A stretch of DNA of 64,000 bases from the NCBI GenBank assembly GCA_013239625.1, contig MU056050.1, positions 3,644,084-3,708,083 on the forward strand, read 5' to 3'. The stretch is from Lama guanicoe. Taxonomy: Eukaryota. The notes below the pieces were generated by a model. The model saw nothing but the letters and a program-made list of their open reading frames with translations. It made no database searches and was not told the origin of the DNA. This document shows positions 40,400 through 54,744 of the stretch, piece after piece. The position numbers and the translations under genes are program-made. The stretch's first letter is position 1. Every line of letters starts with the position of its first letter.

Positions 40400-40772
40400 T
40401 GTGTGGTCTTCAAAAAGCAGCTTGATTTCTTGCAGTTCTGGAGACTGGAAGCTCAAAATCAAGGTGTTAACAGGGTTGGGCTGTGAGGGATGTGCAGGAA
40501 GGATCAGTTCCAGGCCTTTCTCCTTAGCTTGTAGATGGCCATCTTCCACAAGTTCTTCTTTAATTCATCTTCCTTCTGTGTGTGTCTCTGTCTCTGTCCA
40601 TATTTCCGTTTTTCTGTAAAGACACCAGTGGTATTGGATTAGGGCCCACCCTAATGACCTCATCTTTAGTTATATCTGCAGTGACCCTGTTTCCAAGTAA
40701 GGTCACAGTTTGAGGTACTGGATTTTAGTACTTCATCATATGAATTTTTAGGGTCACAGTTCAATACATAAG
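40400..40772 (-). mobile_element. MaLR LTR (MLT1A/C-like)
   Basis: gcagttctggagactggaagctcaaaatcaaggtg ... gtattggattagggcccaccctaatgacctcatc ... cacagttcaatacataa. Confidence 0.8.
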
Positions 40773-42152
40773 ACTCCTACATATAGTTTTTTTTTTTCTA
40801 CCTAGACCTCTGAATTTAAGGACAATTAAAACTCTCAAAGCTCTTAGAGCTCTTTTCTAGTATGGGGGTAAACTAGATTTCGAATCTCAGCACTGGCAAT
40901 TGTTAGCTGTGTAATACTAAGCAAGTTGCTTATCATTTCTGTGCTTCAGTTTTCCCATTTAAAAAATGGGAATAATAATACCTGCTGAATAGCAATGTTG
41001 TGAGAATTAAATGAAGTAATATATGAAAGTGCACTTTAGAACAGTACTGGCTTCAGTTTATAAAAGTATGATATTTTTTGTTTACTCAAAGTAACAAACC
41101 TAACTGATTGGAATTAAAGAGGCAGTCTTTCTGAATAGTTACCAAGTAAAATACAAGCATATGGAAATGTGCAATTTTAACTTTCTTGCTAATGAAAGGC
41201 AGAGCTTCTGCTAATATTCATGATGGTTTTTAAAAAGATTGTTCATTTGGCTGAGGGAACATAGTGCCAAAGAAACCAAGTCTTGAGTTCTAGTCTACCT
41301 AGGGTAATTAGCTTCACTTGTTATCTCCATAGTTTGAGTGAATAAGTTACAGATGAGTTGGTATAGATATAATCCATTGAATATAACAAAAGCTATAAAA
41401 GATAAATTAACTTTTCAGTTTTTAGAAGTAATTTCATCTCTTGGTGCCCCTTGTTTTACAAAGAAGAGGAAGCATTCTTAATTTCTGAAGAAGAAAACAT
41501 TTAACTAGCAACACATTAATTTGATTCTAGCAGCTAAAATTTTAGTTGAATGTGCCACAATTTCTTTATAATTACAAGTACTGTGATGTAGCTGGGCCAC
41601 CATGCCTTTTTTTCTGACTGATCATCTTTGTATACTGTAATCATATTTTGAGAATCAGTCTGTAGCTAAAAAAAGAGTGATTTGTATTGTTGATGTAATA
41701 GAATTACTGTGTGAGTGTAGCAAATTGGAGCTTTTCATTACAAATACTATCATAATTGATCATTTTAGCTATTGGTTAGGGTAACTTAAATGTAACCTGT
41801 AATTTTCACAACTTGAAATCAATGGAGTACATTTATTTTTAATTAAAAGGATACCAAAATAAAATCTAGGGAAAATGTGCAAATAAAAACAATACTTTAG
41901 TTTTAAGTACTGTATTAGTTGCCTATTGCTGTGTAACAAATCACCCAGAATTTCACAGTTTAAAGCAACATACATTTATTATCTCACAGTATCTGTGGGG
42001 CAGGAATCTGAGTATGGTTTAGCTAGGTCCCCTGCTTCACAGTCTCTTATAAAGCTGCACTCAAAGTGTCAGCCAGGGTTAGAGGCTTATATGAAGGCTC
42101 CACAGTGAAAGATTCACTTTTAAGCTCTCTTACTTGGTTATGTATGGGCAGA

Positions 42153-43268
42153 TGTGGTAGACAGAATAATGGTTCCCTGAAGAAGCCTGTGTCCTAATCC
42201 CTGGAACATGTGAATATGTTATGTTACATGGCAAAGGGGAATTAAAGTTGCAGATAGAAATTAAGGTTCTTAATCAGTTGACCTTAAGATAGGGAGATCA
42301 TCCTGGATTACCTGAGTGAGCCCAGTGTAATCACAAGGGGCGTTAAAGGTGGAAATGAGAGGCAGAAGAGAAATCAGTGTGAGAGTGATGCAATGTGAGA
42401 AAGACACAGCTGGCTATTGCTGAATGGCTTTGAAAATAGAAACGGTGGGGTGTGAGCCAAAGAATATGGTTATGTTGTTGAAGCCAAGTTTGTGTGCTCA
42501 ACACATGGCGAGGCCAAACAAACCAAAACATTGGTGTTTGGAGCAGAGAAAGATTTATTTTGGGGCTGAGCAAGGAGACTGGCCAGCTTGTGCTCAAAAG
42601 ACCCGAACTCCCTGTTTTTCAGGGAAGTGTTTTTATAAGCAAAGTTTGCGGGGAGGGCTGCAGGGTGTGTGACCTTCCTCTGATTGGTTGGTGGGGAGGT
42701 AACAGGGTAGGGTTCCAGGAATCTCAGTCATCAGCCTTCTGGTTCCAACCAGTCTGGGGTCCACATGCTTGTGCTCAGCCTGAAATTACCGTAGTCCACC
42801 TGAGTGGAGGAACTCAGAGATATATTGTTCTCCCTTAAGGAGAAACCAGGACCCTGCCCGATCACTGCACTGTTGTTTCTTGACTGCCTTTCCTTTGTTT
42901 CTGCATTCTTTCACTGCTCTAATTAGTAACTGCTTGAATCTGTCCTTTGGAACTAAGGAAAGCCTAGGAGACTGAAAATCCTTTTCCTACAAACAAGAAA
43001 TGGGGACACGGAAGGGCTTTTGTACCCAGGAGGGCTTCACAGGGTTCTGCTCAGTTTCAGTTAGCCTCTAGAAACTGGAATAGGCAAGGAAATGAATTCT
43101 TCTCTGGAACCTCCAGAAAGGAATGCAGCACTGTTGATGCCTTGAGTTTAGCCTGGTGAAATTCATTTCGAAGTTCTCATTTCCAGAACTGTAAGATAAT
43201 AAATTTGTGTTGTTTTAAACTGCTAACTTTGTGGTAATTTATCATAGCAGCAATAGGAAACTAATGCA
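42153..43268 (+). mobile_element. MLT1D-like LTR, middle element (pieces 42153-42472 and 43060-43268)
   Basis: Start tgtggtagacagaataatggttccc, end ttccagaactgtaagataataaatttgtgttg...gcagcaataggaaactaatgca; degenerate 5-bp TSD gcaga/gtagg. Confidence 0.85.
42473..43059 (-). mobile_element. ERV1-type solo LTR, innermost and youngest
   Basis: TG...CA termini, perfect 4-bp TSD GTTA (42469-42472 / 43060-43063); minus-strand TATAAAA (~42631) and AATAAA (~42554). Confidence 0.85.
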
Positions 43269-44795
43269 GTAGGATTCAGTTCTTCGAGGGTTATTGGCAT
43301 GAGGGCTTTAGTTCCTTGCCGGTGGTTGGCTAAAGGCCATCCTCAGTCCCTTGCCATGTGAACTGCTCCAGCTTCCACCAGAACAAACATGCAAAAAGAG
43401 CAAAAACATGAGAGAGTGAGAGTGAGAGAGAGATGGCTGAAAAGATGGAAGTGTTTTGTAGCCTAGTTACAGAGGGGACATCTCATCACTTTTGGTGTAT
43501 TTCGTTTTTCAGAAGCAAGTCATTAGGTCAAGCCCCCAATGGAGGGGAGGGGATTACATGAGACTGTGAACTGCAGGAGACAGGGATTCTGGGAAACATG
43601 TTAAAAGCTGCCTGCCACCAGTACTGATAAAAACTCACAGTCTTTTATTCATGTTTAAAATTGTGTGAAAACTTCCAACTAGCTCACTGTTCTTGCTTTA
43701 GTTTTCTTTCTCATCTACTGTACTTTCTTTTAAATATGTATGTATGTGGATATATAGAAATATGAATAGAACGTGAACAAAATACTAAATGTTGTTGATC
43801 TCTGGTGGAAGGATTTCAAGAGATACTTTCTTTAAAATGTTATTATTCTTTTCAAGTTTTACAATGAGCATATTTTATATGTATAGTCAAAATTAAAATT
43901 TTAGGAAACTGAAAAATTGAAAGATAGAACTTTCCACATTTATGAAGGCTCCATACTGTTTGATATGTGCATTGAGTTCTTAGCTTACTTTTCATTGAAT
44001 ACAAGTCATATTCTGCATTCAGTGAACCATACACCACAATACTATTTTTCATTGCAGAATAAATGGATCATAGGTTTCATTGGAAAAATAATTAAAAGAA
44101 TAAATTAAAAATTTATGAAAATGTGGAAACCTCTGTTAATCTCGTAAGAGAGATATATAGTGACAGAACTTTGAAGTAATAAGCTGATTCTTTAAAACCA
44201 CACACACAAAGGTCTAAGATACACACACATGTGTCTAAGACTGTCAGCTGTTTTTTTATGGAGTTTGTCATGCCCTTGGATAGTTCCACATTTAGACACG
44301 TAGAAGCAAGTCTCAACTGAAAAAAAGCCACTTTTCTCTTGATTTGTTACAAGAAGATTTGTCATAACACTGAAAGTGAAGGATATGCTCTGAGGTTTCT
44401 CTGAAAAAAAATGACAACTTGGCAGTGATTCAAATTGGATATCCTTTTGCCTTTATAAGAAAAGCAAAGTGAACATATTGATTTGATTTCCTCGTAATAA
44501 TTAGTTATATGACCAGCTAAAACACTAGCAAAGAATAATTCACATATAATCACATTCTGTCCCTGGGAAAAATAGAGTGTTTTATGAAACTGCTTTGAGC
44601 TAAGATACTTTGAAAAGAAAAACATACTGTTTTTTGGAAAAAATATTTTCATGACATGGATCTTTGTTTTATTCCTCACCTTTAAAAGAAATATGTAGTA
44701 TCCATTACTAGATTAGAGTAACTCACCTTTTCTTCTGCCTGCAGTTTAGTTTTACACATTGAGTGTTTTATGTTTGATTGAAATAATTTATAATT

Positions 44796-44836
44796 GTGTG
44801 TGTGTGTGTGTGTGTGTGTGAGTGTGAGAGAGAGAG
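44796..44836. repeat. (TG)n(AG)n compound microsatellite
   Basis: Direct reading. Confidence 0.95.
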
Positions 44837-46334
44837 ATCTCTCATGTGAGAGATCAATTTTTCTCTGAAGCTTTAAGTCATAGCTTCTCCTGGCCAGAGA
44901 CAAGGTGACCAAATAATCAAATGACTTTATCTGCCCTGGCATTTTACAAATGCACATAACATTCATTTTCTTTTGATCCCTGTTGTTTGTACATGTAATA
45001 TTCTGTGAGATGTTATAAGGTCAAAATAAAATTAATACTGCCCAACAATAATGATGAGAAAGTGATTGAAGGAATATTTGAAAATATATCCTCTATGGCA
45101 TGAGTTACAACACCTGATGTTGTAGGACTACTTTTATGTTTTTACCTTTAAAAAAAATGCAAACATGCATAAGATTTACTGAGATAAGAGAACTATGTAA
45201 ATTGGAATATTTGTGTTCATTTATTGTTACCATTTCGGTTAACTTTTAATATTTATAGCTGTAGCTTTAAACTAACACAAAACACGTCACTCTGGGCACT
45301 CACTCATTTATATGTAAATATGTACACTCACATGGATAAAATTTATATTTTGATAACCTAATATTTTAAGTGCCTAAGTTTCATGATGGTCTCATGTTAA
45401 TATATCATGCTATGATATATTAAAGGATCCCTTACTGCCTAGTGGCCATATAGCTGTTTTCCCAGAAGCAGTGATAAACATAGTTAGGAATGTAACAGTG
45501 ATTAATACCATCAGTGATATGATTAGTGGAACCAGTCATTTTCTTTGAGGTGTTTTTTTAAACTCTCTGTTTTGACAAGTGGCCTGCCAAAACAACTGAC
45601 AACAAAGAGCCTGTTCAGGGGAATTCGTAAACAAATGATAGAAATTCAGCAGTGCTTTGCTAATCCAACTTTTTGGTGATTTACATATTGTTTTTGTTGT
45701 TTTAATGATTGAATAATCTAAAGACTATTATCTTATTAGGAATGTTCCTAAGCAGATTTTTCTTTACAATAAAAAAAATAGTTTGCCAAAATGGGCAGTA
45801 TTTGAAATAATTGTGCTGTTTACTGGCTGCTAAACGAATAGAACATCTGGTTGTCTATAGTGAACTCAGATTTGCTCCCTGCAAATCAGTCTGCAACTGG
45901 GGATTCAGGTTCCATTTATCTAATACTAAAGTAAAAAGTAAAAAAAAAAAACCCAGTAATACCTTTAAGTTTTTTTAAAATATGTATTTGAGTGTAACTA
46001 TACAGATATTTTGAAAATATTCAGATTAAAATTTTGTCTCCCTTAATCTGTTAGTCATCAGAGAGATATATGAGTTTTTGTCTAACTACTTGAAATTTAT
46101 CATGGCATTTATTATACTTTTTCCTTAAAATATATGCTTCTACTACAAGTTTCAAATTTGCTTTATGCCAAAGCAGTGTCAGCTAATATGTATCATGTAA
46201 AAAGGTTTAATATAAGGTTTTGCAATCCTGTGGAGTATGATTTTTTTTAAAAAATCATAATTATTATTTAGGGACTATCCTAAGTCCACAAAAGGATGTA
46301 TAGCATATATACTTACCTTTTAAAGTGTTTACTT

Positions 46335-47460
46335 TGGAAGTTAGAAAGGACCTTAAAGGTCATTGGGTATCAGAACATTTCAATACTTCAGTACTATTTG
46401 CAGCATTGCTTAAAGTGATTATTTGGTTTCCAAGTGTCCAAGTGAATAGTTTACGCCCTCATTCCATCCATTCCATCCATTCATCCTCTGGAGGAAGCGA
46501 AGTTTTTCCTTATACTGAGATGAAAGCTCATATGTGTTAACTTTCACCCAACAGTCCCATTTCTTCTTTAGAGAGTTTGCAAATCTGGTATCCTTCTGTT
46601 GGCTTATTTTTTTCGAATTACTCATTACTAGTTCCTTTACCTATTATTCTTCATATAAAATGGTTTCAAGTTCTTTCATCATTTTGACTGCTTTCATATA
46701 AACAGATTATTAAATTATGGCTCACAGAACTGAACACCATACTCAGGTATGGTCTGAAAAAGATTATTGACTTCTATCTTTAAAATACTGTGCTTGTATT
46801 AATATTACCTAAATTGTAATCCATTTTTTGAAGGCTAACTCACTTTTTATTCATTTTAAACTAAAGCGCCCAAGTCTTTTTCTTTTCTTTTATTAATATG
46901 TATTGTTGCTGAGTTATGTCTTTCTCATGCTGTACTTGTAGAGTTGGCTTTTTGAATCCAAGTCCAGGACCTTACCCTTATCCCTATAATTATTCATCTT
47001 GTTAGATTTCACCTGTCATTTGCCAAACCTGTAATAATCCATAGTGATTCTGATTTTTGTCAACAAAAGCATTTTCTCCTCTACCCAAATTTGTGGCATC
47101 TACCAATTTGCTAGCTATACCATTCATATTTTCAGAGAATTCACTAATCAAATTATTGAACAGGCCAGGGGGTTAGCTCAGGATTAGAACATTTGACTGC
47201 AAATTATTAAACAGGCCAGAGACCAGAGAACTTCTTTGGCATATTGTTGATCTCCTTTTAGGTTAACATTATTCCATGTTAGGTCAACATTAGTTTGTTA
47301 AATTGTATCCTTTGTTTTAGTTATTTAACTAGTTGTACATTCCGTTAACTTTAGTATCCTCTGGCCCACATTTATTTGTCCTGTTAAAATCTGGCAAAAA
47401 TCTGATATCTAGAGACACTATTTTGGGTGTATCCTTGGTCTGTCAATTACTGACCCTTCC
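46335..47460 (-). mobile_element. Ancient L3/CR1 LINE fragment
   Basis: CR1/L3-like motifs ggaagttagaaaggaccttaaaggtcat, cagaactgaacaccatactcaggtatggtctga, ttgaatccaagtccaggaccttacccttatccct. Confidence 0.55.
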
Positions 47461-48807
47461 AGAAGAGAAAATTAAAGTGAAGTGGTTTTGTTTTCTTTTT
47501 GTTTTTTGTTTTTTTCTTTTTTGCAAAATTTATTGAGCCACACACCAGAGTTTTCCTGTGGCTGCTCTAGGATATGGTTGTGAAAGCATCAAGGTGGTGC
47601 TTCACCTGTTATTGCATTGCTTCATAAAATCAAATCAGATGTTATTTATTGACTATGTACTCTATTCAGAGTACTGTGATAGATAAGTAGGACACCAAGA
47701 AATAACTATATGATTCTTTTTACTGAAACACATTGTATTTTCACGGTCACAGACTGCCCTATGCCCTACCGCAATGTTAACTAGTCACCTTACAATTCTG
47801 TGGCCCTGCTCACAAAGGGGACATTCTGTGAGAGATTATGAATGGCACATTGTGAACACATGCTAACTGTCAGAAATAAAAATCAAATCCCAAACTCTAA
47901 TGTAGTCCTTTTCGATTTTTTTTCACCACAAAAGGTAGGATTTTACATCAAGGACTATTGTATATATGTGTGTGCGTGTATGTAGGTATATATATGTATG
48001 AATGTATGTTTGTGGGTGCACAGAAGAATATATGTGTATATACATATGTATATCATCATATTGCATATGTGTATATATAATGCCAAACAAATGCTTCAGA
48101 ATATAATATTTACCCTCATTGTTGGGTTTTGTAAGCTTGTCTATCTATTCTATTAAAAATGTTTTATTTGGTGACACTAAATTTCTCTCATGATGGTGGG
48201 TTTGCCATATCATCCTTAATCTTGAAGTAAGGAGACTTACACTCAAAGGTAGCAGAACTATATTCCCAGTCTAAGCACAGTGAGGATTTATAGCCCTCCC
48301 TATTGTCTAGGCCACTGTGTCCTCTGTGTCACCTAGGGTATGGTTCTTTGTAGATTAGGATATTCCAAGGAGAATATGTATTTGTCTAGTCTCCTTTGGG
48401 AAAGAATAGATGTGAGCAGAATGTTGGAGGCAAGGATGCAACTGAACATTTATAAAGTGGCTGTAATGTACCAACCACTGTTTAAGATATTTTGCAAATT
48501 TGGTTAATTTGGCCTTCAAAAAGAAGTGAGCATCAGTGACTATAGTCATCTGCCTAATGCAACTAAATTCCATTATCTAAGAAGCCTGAATTTAGGTCCA
48601 GAATCCTGACTTCACAGACTATGTTCATTCCACTATGTTGCATTAACTTCCGCTTTAAAGTCTGACTTGCTTTCATGCATTTGAACTGCATTTTCCTTCC
48701 CACCCAATTCATAAAACTGCAGTTGCCTTTGTAGCAAGGTTTCCCCTTTGGAATACAAATTGTACTCCAAGTCCCTTCTGTATTCCTTATTTGAGACTCA
48801 GATTTGT

Positions 48808-49060
48808 ATGGTGGTTAATAGCATAGACTGTAGAGACTCTCGAGCAAGATACCCTGGGTTGAATATTGGCCCTTCCACTTTGTTACCTGTGCAAACTTGG
48901 ACAAATTATTTAGCCTCTCAGTGCCCAAATTTCCTTATCTGTGAAAATAAGATATTAGTAGCTACCTCATATGGTTTGTGTGAGGATTACAATGAGTAAG
49001 GTAAAGCACTTAGATGGTATAGTGCCTTGTACGTAGTATTATATGAGTGTTAGTTATTGT
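48808..49060 (+). mobile_element. MIR SINE
   Basis: tggtggttaatagcatagact...ttggacaaattatttagcctctcagtgcccaaatttccttatctgtgaaaata...gtaaagcacttag. Confidence 0.8.
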
Positions 49061-49642
49061 AAATGTCCTATGCACTTACCTGTAGGGTGCATTCTGTTTC
49101 AAAAGAATAGTAAGCTGCCTTGTATGCTATGTGAGATGCTGAAAGGACCAATTGGAAGAAAGTTGTCTCTTTTAATGTACTTCCATGGTGTTCCTTCCTA
49201 CCTGGTCTGAAATCCTAGCTATTAGAGTCACTAATGGGAAACAAAGAGGAGGAAGGGGCACTGTCTCCCGAAGGACTCAGCAACTAACTCAAGTTACCAG
49301 GAAACTATGTACTCTTCTTATTCTCTGACATTAAACCAGACTTAAATATATCTGATTAGACTGGGGACTGGTATAGGATGGAAAGGCCGAACAGGAGGAA
49401 TTGTAGCCCACTGCCTCCAGGCCTGCTTCAACCACAGGGCTGTTTGCCTCCTCCACTCCTACACTTCTAGAGGCAAAATTAACAATCCTGCTCCCCCATG
49501 TGTACATCCTGGTTCACTTGCTGAGCCCTAATCAGAGTTAATGCCCAAATAGTCAGTTTCAACCATATAATTGAGAGTTCACTATATTATTTCCATTTTA
49601 AATATGAGGAAGCTTAAAAAAGGTTAAATAAATTACCTTATA

Positions 49643-49868
49643 TCAGGGTAGATATGTATGTCATTATTGACATTTTGGCTCAGATAATTCTCTGTTTTAG
49701 GAGGCTATTCTGTGCATTGTAGGATGTTGAACAGCATCCCAGTCTCTACCCAGTAGATGCTAGTTGCATTCACCAGCTATGATAATCAGAAATACCTCTA
49801 GACATTGCCAGATATTCTGGGCATTTGAGGACACAGTATAAAATTACCTCCTGCTTAGAACTGCTGCC
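49643..49868. mobile_element. MER20 hAT-Charlie MITE
   Basis: attgacattttggctcagataattctctgttttaggaggctattctgtgcattgtaggatgttgaacagcatcccagtctctacccagtagatgc. Confidence 0.8.
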
Positions 49869-52226
49869 TTAGGTCATAAGCTTGTAAGGTGAGAGCAAGA
49901 ATTCAAACTCAAGTCCACCTGATTCAGAATCCCTTGATTTTCAACATTATGTGAAACTGTCTCTACAGAATGTGGCATAGATATGCCCTGAATGACCAAG
50001 CAGAATAAAAGAGTACATGCTATGAGAAGTCAGGTCTGGATGCCAAACTTGACCTAAGTCACAATATCTGAAAAACTTGTTATAAATGGCTTCTTATATT
50101 AGAGCTTCACACTGCTAAAGGAAACATAACAAGTGTGAGGTCTTGGAGCTCTTTCTGAAGTGAATTAGAAGAGCTTTCAGAGCAGGGACACAAATGTGCA
50201 GGTGGTATAGGAAAAGCTTCATGACATTAGGCCCTTTTAACATTTGCTTCAGCTACCCAAAGCATTTGAAGTAATTATGCAGAGCTCTGATATGGGCTAA
50301 GATACCTGTATACACCCAATCTATTTTATGTATACTCACCAGAGTAAAGGTACTGGAGGAACTGGGCTGACATCTTTCAGTGTATTTGAAAATGGTAGGA
50401 ATCTGAGGTTCTCCAGTAAATGTATTTAGTTTCCAGAGATAGTTATATTCTACACCCCTTTTCAGTACTTGAGAAACACTAACAACAAACCAAAAACAAA
50501 AAGAAGGCAAATTTTGGAGCCTGGAACTCTGCATTGAGGCATCTTCCACATGATTTACTGCTCAAAGTGCAGGATACAAATAATGGCCATGCCAGCATGT
50601 GAAAGCTTAAAATACATTCTAATGAAGATCACATTGTGAGCATTGCCAAAGCAGAATAAAATGCAATCAGGATTTAAATGTGGCTAAAATAATAGCTCCT
50701 TGGATTGAAGCACACTGATTAATGCCAGAGACACTTACGAAATGCTGTTGTCTGGTCATCAGTGTTATTTTTCTCGTGTAACACTTTGTACTAAAAGCAA
50801 TAAAAGAGGACTAATAAACTAAGAATCCTTTATTCTATAAAATTAACATGACTCAGGTGAAGTGCTTTCGTTAAAGATGATCTGTGTTCCAAGATTGACA
50901 GGTTATCAGTGTAACTTATTTTGAAATACGCATGCTCCCAATATTTCTGAAATATTTACCTTTCATAGCTTATTCTCTTGCTTTCTCGTGTCTGCATATA
51001 AATGTAAATTTTGTGCTTACTGTATACTCAGCTTTTTTTAAATTTGAGGAGCCAAAATTAGCTTTAAAGATGCCACTCATATCATTTGTAGAGGAAAATG
51101 TGCCTAAATTTTATAAGAGCATTGAAGCAACTTGTAAGCATTCCATACTTCAGTTTCATAACTTAAGATGGTCGTTAAACAAACACATGTCCACGAAGGC
51201 TGACATGTTTAAAAGACTGGGTCACGTGAGTTAGTGATAAGAATATATGGTAAATACTCTTTATTACTGTACTTTGTGTGAAATGCAAAACAATAATGAG
51301 CACAACAAAATAAAGCCTACTGTGTGCATACCTCTTATCTCAGATACACCCTCTCTTTCTCATGAGGTAAGAGTTCTTAGGGAGCAAGTAAAAACTTGTA
51401 CTCATAAAAACCTGAAATGACCACCCATTGTTAAGAATGAATTGAAATTGATAAAGCTGTTCACTTGCTGCTCTTTTCAAATAACACTTTGATGTAGTTG
51501 ATTTAGTAAGAAAAAATGCTGGTCATGATAAAATTTCAGCCATCAATGTAGCATTAACTGTATCTCTACTAACTATAAATATATTCCCACTATTACCGTT
51601 ATGTAGCACGAAGTGGAGGAGCTTGGGAAGTGGCATCTAAATGCTAACCCTGGCTTTATGTCTGTTTACACTTTTACTTTGCTTCCATCATTTGTAACAT
51701 AAAGCTTGATAAAGACAAAATGACAAATGTAGCTAAAATATAGAACAAAACAATTGGTAGATTCGATTTATAAAATTATTAGTACAACTAATAGGTTTGG
51801 CCTGCTGTGGTAAAGTGGGAAGACTACTAGACTAAGAACCAAGAGACCTGGATTTTAGTTGTGGTTTTGTCACTAATTAGTTATGTGATTGTAAGCAATT
51901 TATTTAGTCCTTCTGTGATTCAGCTTTTTTATCTTTAAAATGAAGCACTGGATTAGATAATTTAAGTCCAGGTTTCTACCCTTCAAATATCTTACATTTC
52001 AGCGACTTTGGCTTCTATAGGAAGACCAGGTCTTGGCCATAGCCAGCTAGGTACTACTTTATTACTGTTCATTGTGAAATTACTACTAGAGTTTAAAAGA
52101 GTTATTTAAGAATTAGCCCAGTATACTTGAAATATAAGCTATTTCAGCATGCTGCTTACTGGTGAAAAGCTAAGCATAGTAGTTCAGGCAACATATAATA
52201 AACTAGCACATGCTCTTTTCAAAATT

Positions 52227-52733
52227 GTTATATAAATGAACCAAAGACAGCCTCTGTATATTGGCCCCTAGGTTGTTTATTCCTACACAGCAGGCTGAGA
52301 GCCTAGCCCAAATGCCCTCTGGCACCAAACTCAAATTTTACATATCCAGTTGTTTTAAACATACCCCAAATGAGCAGATTTTTAGCCATTTAGAGTCTGC
52401 CTGTTTTGCATACCCAGTGAAACTCCAAGACATCTGTTAGCCACAGATAAGAAAAACCCTACGGCTATAAAGACTCCCAGCCACTGCTGCCCTTCAGAAT
52501 TCTCTGACCCAGAGACTCCCTGCCTACTGCTGTGCTGCATCACCTAGACAAATGAGCTTCATCTCTGATTCCCCCTTCCCCTGGAGTTCCCTTGCCCATA
52601 TTCCCTTCTGGATGGTAGCTATCACCAGCACCAAACCCTTGGGCAGTCTTACACAGTGAGGGACTTCCAGCATGCATGCAAACCTGTCAATGTGTCACCC
52701 AGATAAAGCTTGCATGTGTGACTGCCATATGTG
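52227..52733 (+). mobile_element. ERV1-like LTR, 3' end replaced by L1
   Basis: TG start, ctataaa TATA ~52465, degenerate poly(A) signal agataaagc ~52701. Confidence 0.55.
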
Positions 52734-53400
52734 GGAATTAAAAACACCTAAAGGAAGAAATTTCTAAATAAATAATGATCCAAATAAACTATAATGGATA
52801 TTATTAAATACTTACAACTGAAGAACAATGAAACCAGTATAAATCAAAACTTGTAGAATGTAGAAAAAGTAGTATTTAGAGGACGTTTATAGCCTAAAAT
52901 GAACGTATTTGAAAAGAAGAAATATTGAAAATTACTGAGGGAAGTATTCACATTGAAAAGTTAGACAAAGAAGAGTATAAAGCCAAAAAAGTAGAAGAAA
53001 ATCATAAATAGAAAAATAGATACTAATTTAAAGAAAAGACAAACAATAGAGAAGATAAAAAACTGAAATATTAAATATTTGAAATAATTATTAAGATATA
53101 GGAACTTCTGGTAGTATTGTTGAACAAACAGAAGGCGCAGTTAAATAGTATTAGCATGAAGAGGGGGCCATTGTATTACTTTGGTAGGAATTTCTGAAGT
53201 TATAACAGTACTATCAATGACTGTTCCATTAGATAAGAAAACAAAGATGAAATGGAAAAATTTCCAGGTAAATATGTATTAACAAAATTAAATCAATTTA
53301 CCCAATTACTCAGGATAATCCTAGAAACATTAAATATACTGAATTAATGTTATAAATCTACTCCTCCAAAGTAATGGTTATTTATGTGAATCTCACTGCA
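52734..53400 (+). mobile_element. Old L1 ORF2 fragment
   Basis: aaatcaaaacttgtagaatgtagaaaaagtagtatttagaggacgtttatagcc is homologous to 20670-20740 of the full-length L1. Confidence 0.7.
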
Positions 53401-53474
53401 ATTTTTAAAAAAATACAGGTTGGTTATCCTTTTCTTTTTTCCCCCTTGATTCTCAGAGCCCCCATTGTATGCTT

Positions 53475-54186
53475 TTTTTAAATTTTGAAGTATAGTTGAT
53501 TTGTAACGTTGTATTAGTTTCAGGTATCCAGTAAAGTGATTCAGTTACATATTCAGGTTATTTTCCATTATAGTTATTATAAGATATTGAATATTGTTCC
53601 CTATGCTATACAGTAAATCATTGTTGCTTATCTATTTTATGTATTTTAGTTTGTATCTGTTAATCTCATACCCCTAATTTATCCCTCTCCCCTCCTTTTC
53701 CCCTTTGGTATAACCATAAGAATTTTTTCTATGTCTGTGAGTCTGTTTCTGTTTTGTATATAGACTCATTTGTATTATTTTTTAGACTGCACATTTAAGT
53801 GGTGTATTTGTCTTTGTCTGAGTTGCTTCACTGGGTATAATATTCTTTAGGTCCATCCATATTGCTGCAAATGGCAATATTTCATTCTTTTTTATGGCTG
53901 GATAATATTCCACTGTATGTGTGTACACACACACACACACCCCCTCACCCTCACCCTTCCACCCACCCACCCCACATCTTAAGCCTATCATCTATTGATT
54001 GACACTTGGGTTGTTTCCATGTCTTGGCTGTTGTAACTAGTGCTGCTATGAACATTGGGGTTCATGTATCTTTTCAAATTAGAGTTTTTGTTTTTTCTGG
54101 ATATATACCCAGAAATGGGATGGCTGGATTGTAGGGCAAGTCTTTTTTCAGCTTTTTATGGAACCTCCACACTATTTTCCATAGAA
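53475..54186 (-). mobile_element. Younger L1 3' end, reverse orientation
   Basis: T-tail + ttgaagtatagttgat; ORF 53782-53991 YYPAIKKNEILPFAAIWMDL is the L1 ORF2 C-terminus. Confidence 0.9.
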
Positions 54187-54241
54187 GCCATAGATTTTAA
54201 AAGCCCAAAGAAATGCCAAGCAAAATCAGAGAAATTTACAC

Positions 54242-54650
54242 TGTAATGGTTAATTTTGTATGTCAACTTGGCAAGCCTGTAATGCCCAGTTGTTTTTTGA
54301 AACGTCAGTCAAGTTGTTTCTGTGAAGGTATTTTTCAGATGTGATTAACATTTAACTCAGTATATTTTGTGTAAAGCAGATTATACTCTATGATCTGAGT
54401 GGACATCATCCAATCAATTGAAGGCCATAAGAGCAAAGATTGAAGTCCCCCAAAGAGGAAGGAATTCGGCCTCCAGATTACAGCAGAGAAATTTTACCTG
54501 AGTTTCCCCTCTTTGGATTTAAGACTGCAACATCAACTCTTGGTAAAATTTCCAGCCTGCTAGCCTGCTCTGAAGATTTCCACAATCACATGAGCCAGTT
54601 CCTTAAAATAAATCTCTCCTTTCTCCCTTTCTTACTCTTTCTCTCTTGAA
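54242..54650 (+). mobile_element. MLT2 (ERVL) LTR
   Basis: tgtaatggttaattttgtatgtcaacttggcaagcc ... cacatgagccagttccttaaaataaatctctc. Confidence 0.85.
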
Positions 54651-54744
54651 AGATAGACACCTATATATGTCTAGATAGATAAATTAATAAAACTACTCAA
54701 AAGCAACAAGAGAGAAAATCTTAGAAGCAAACAGAGGGAAAGGA

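Larger units (their letters stand above)
41910..43622 (-). mobile_element. Old MLT1 LTR, outer element of a triple nest (pieces 41910-42152 and 43269-43622)
   Basis: tgtattagttgcctattgctgtgtaacaaatcacccag...atttattatctcacagt...; end aaagctgcctgccacca. Confidence 0.75.
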
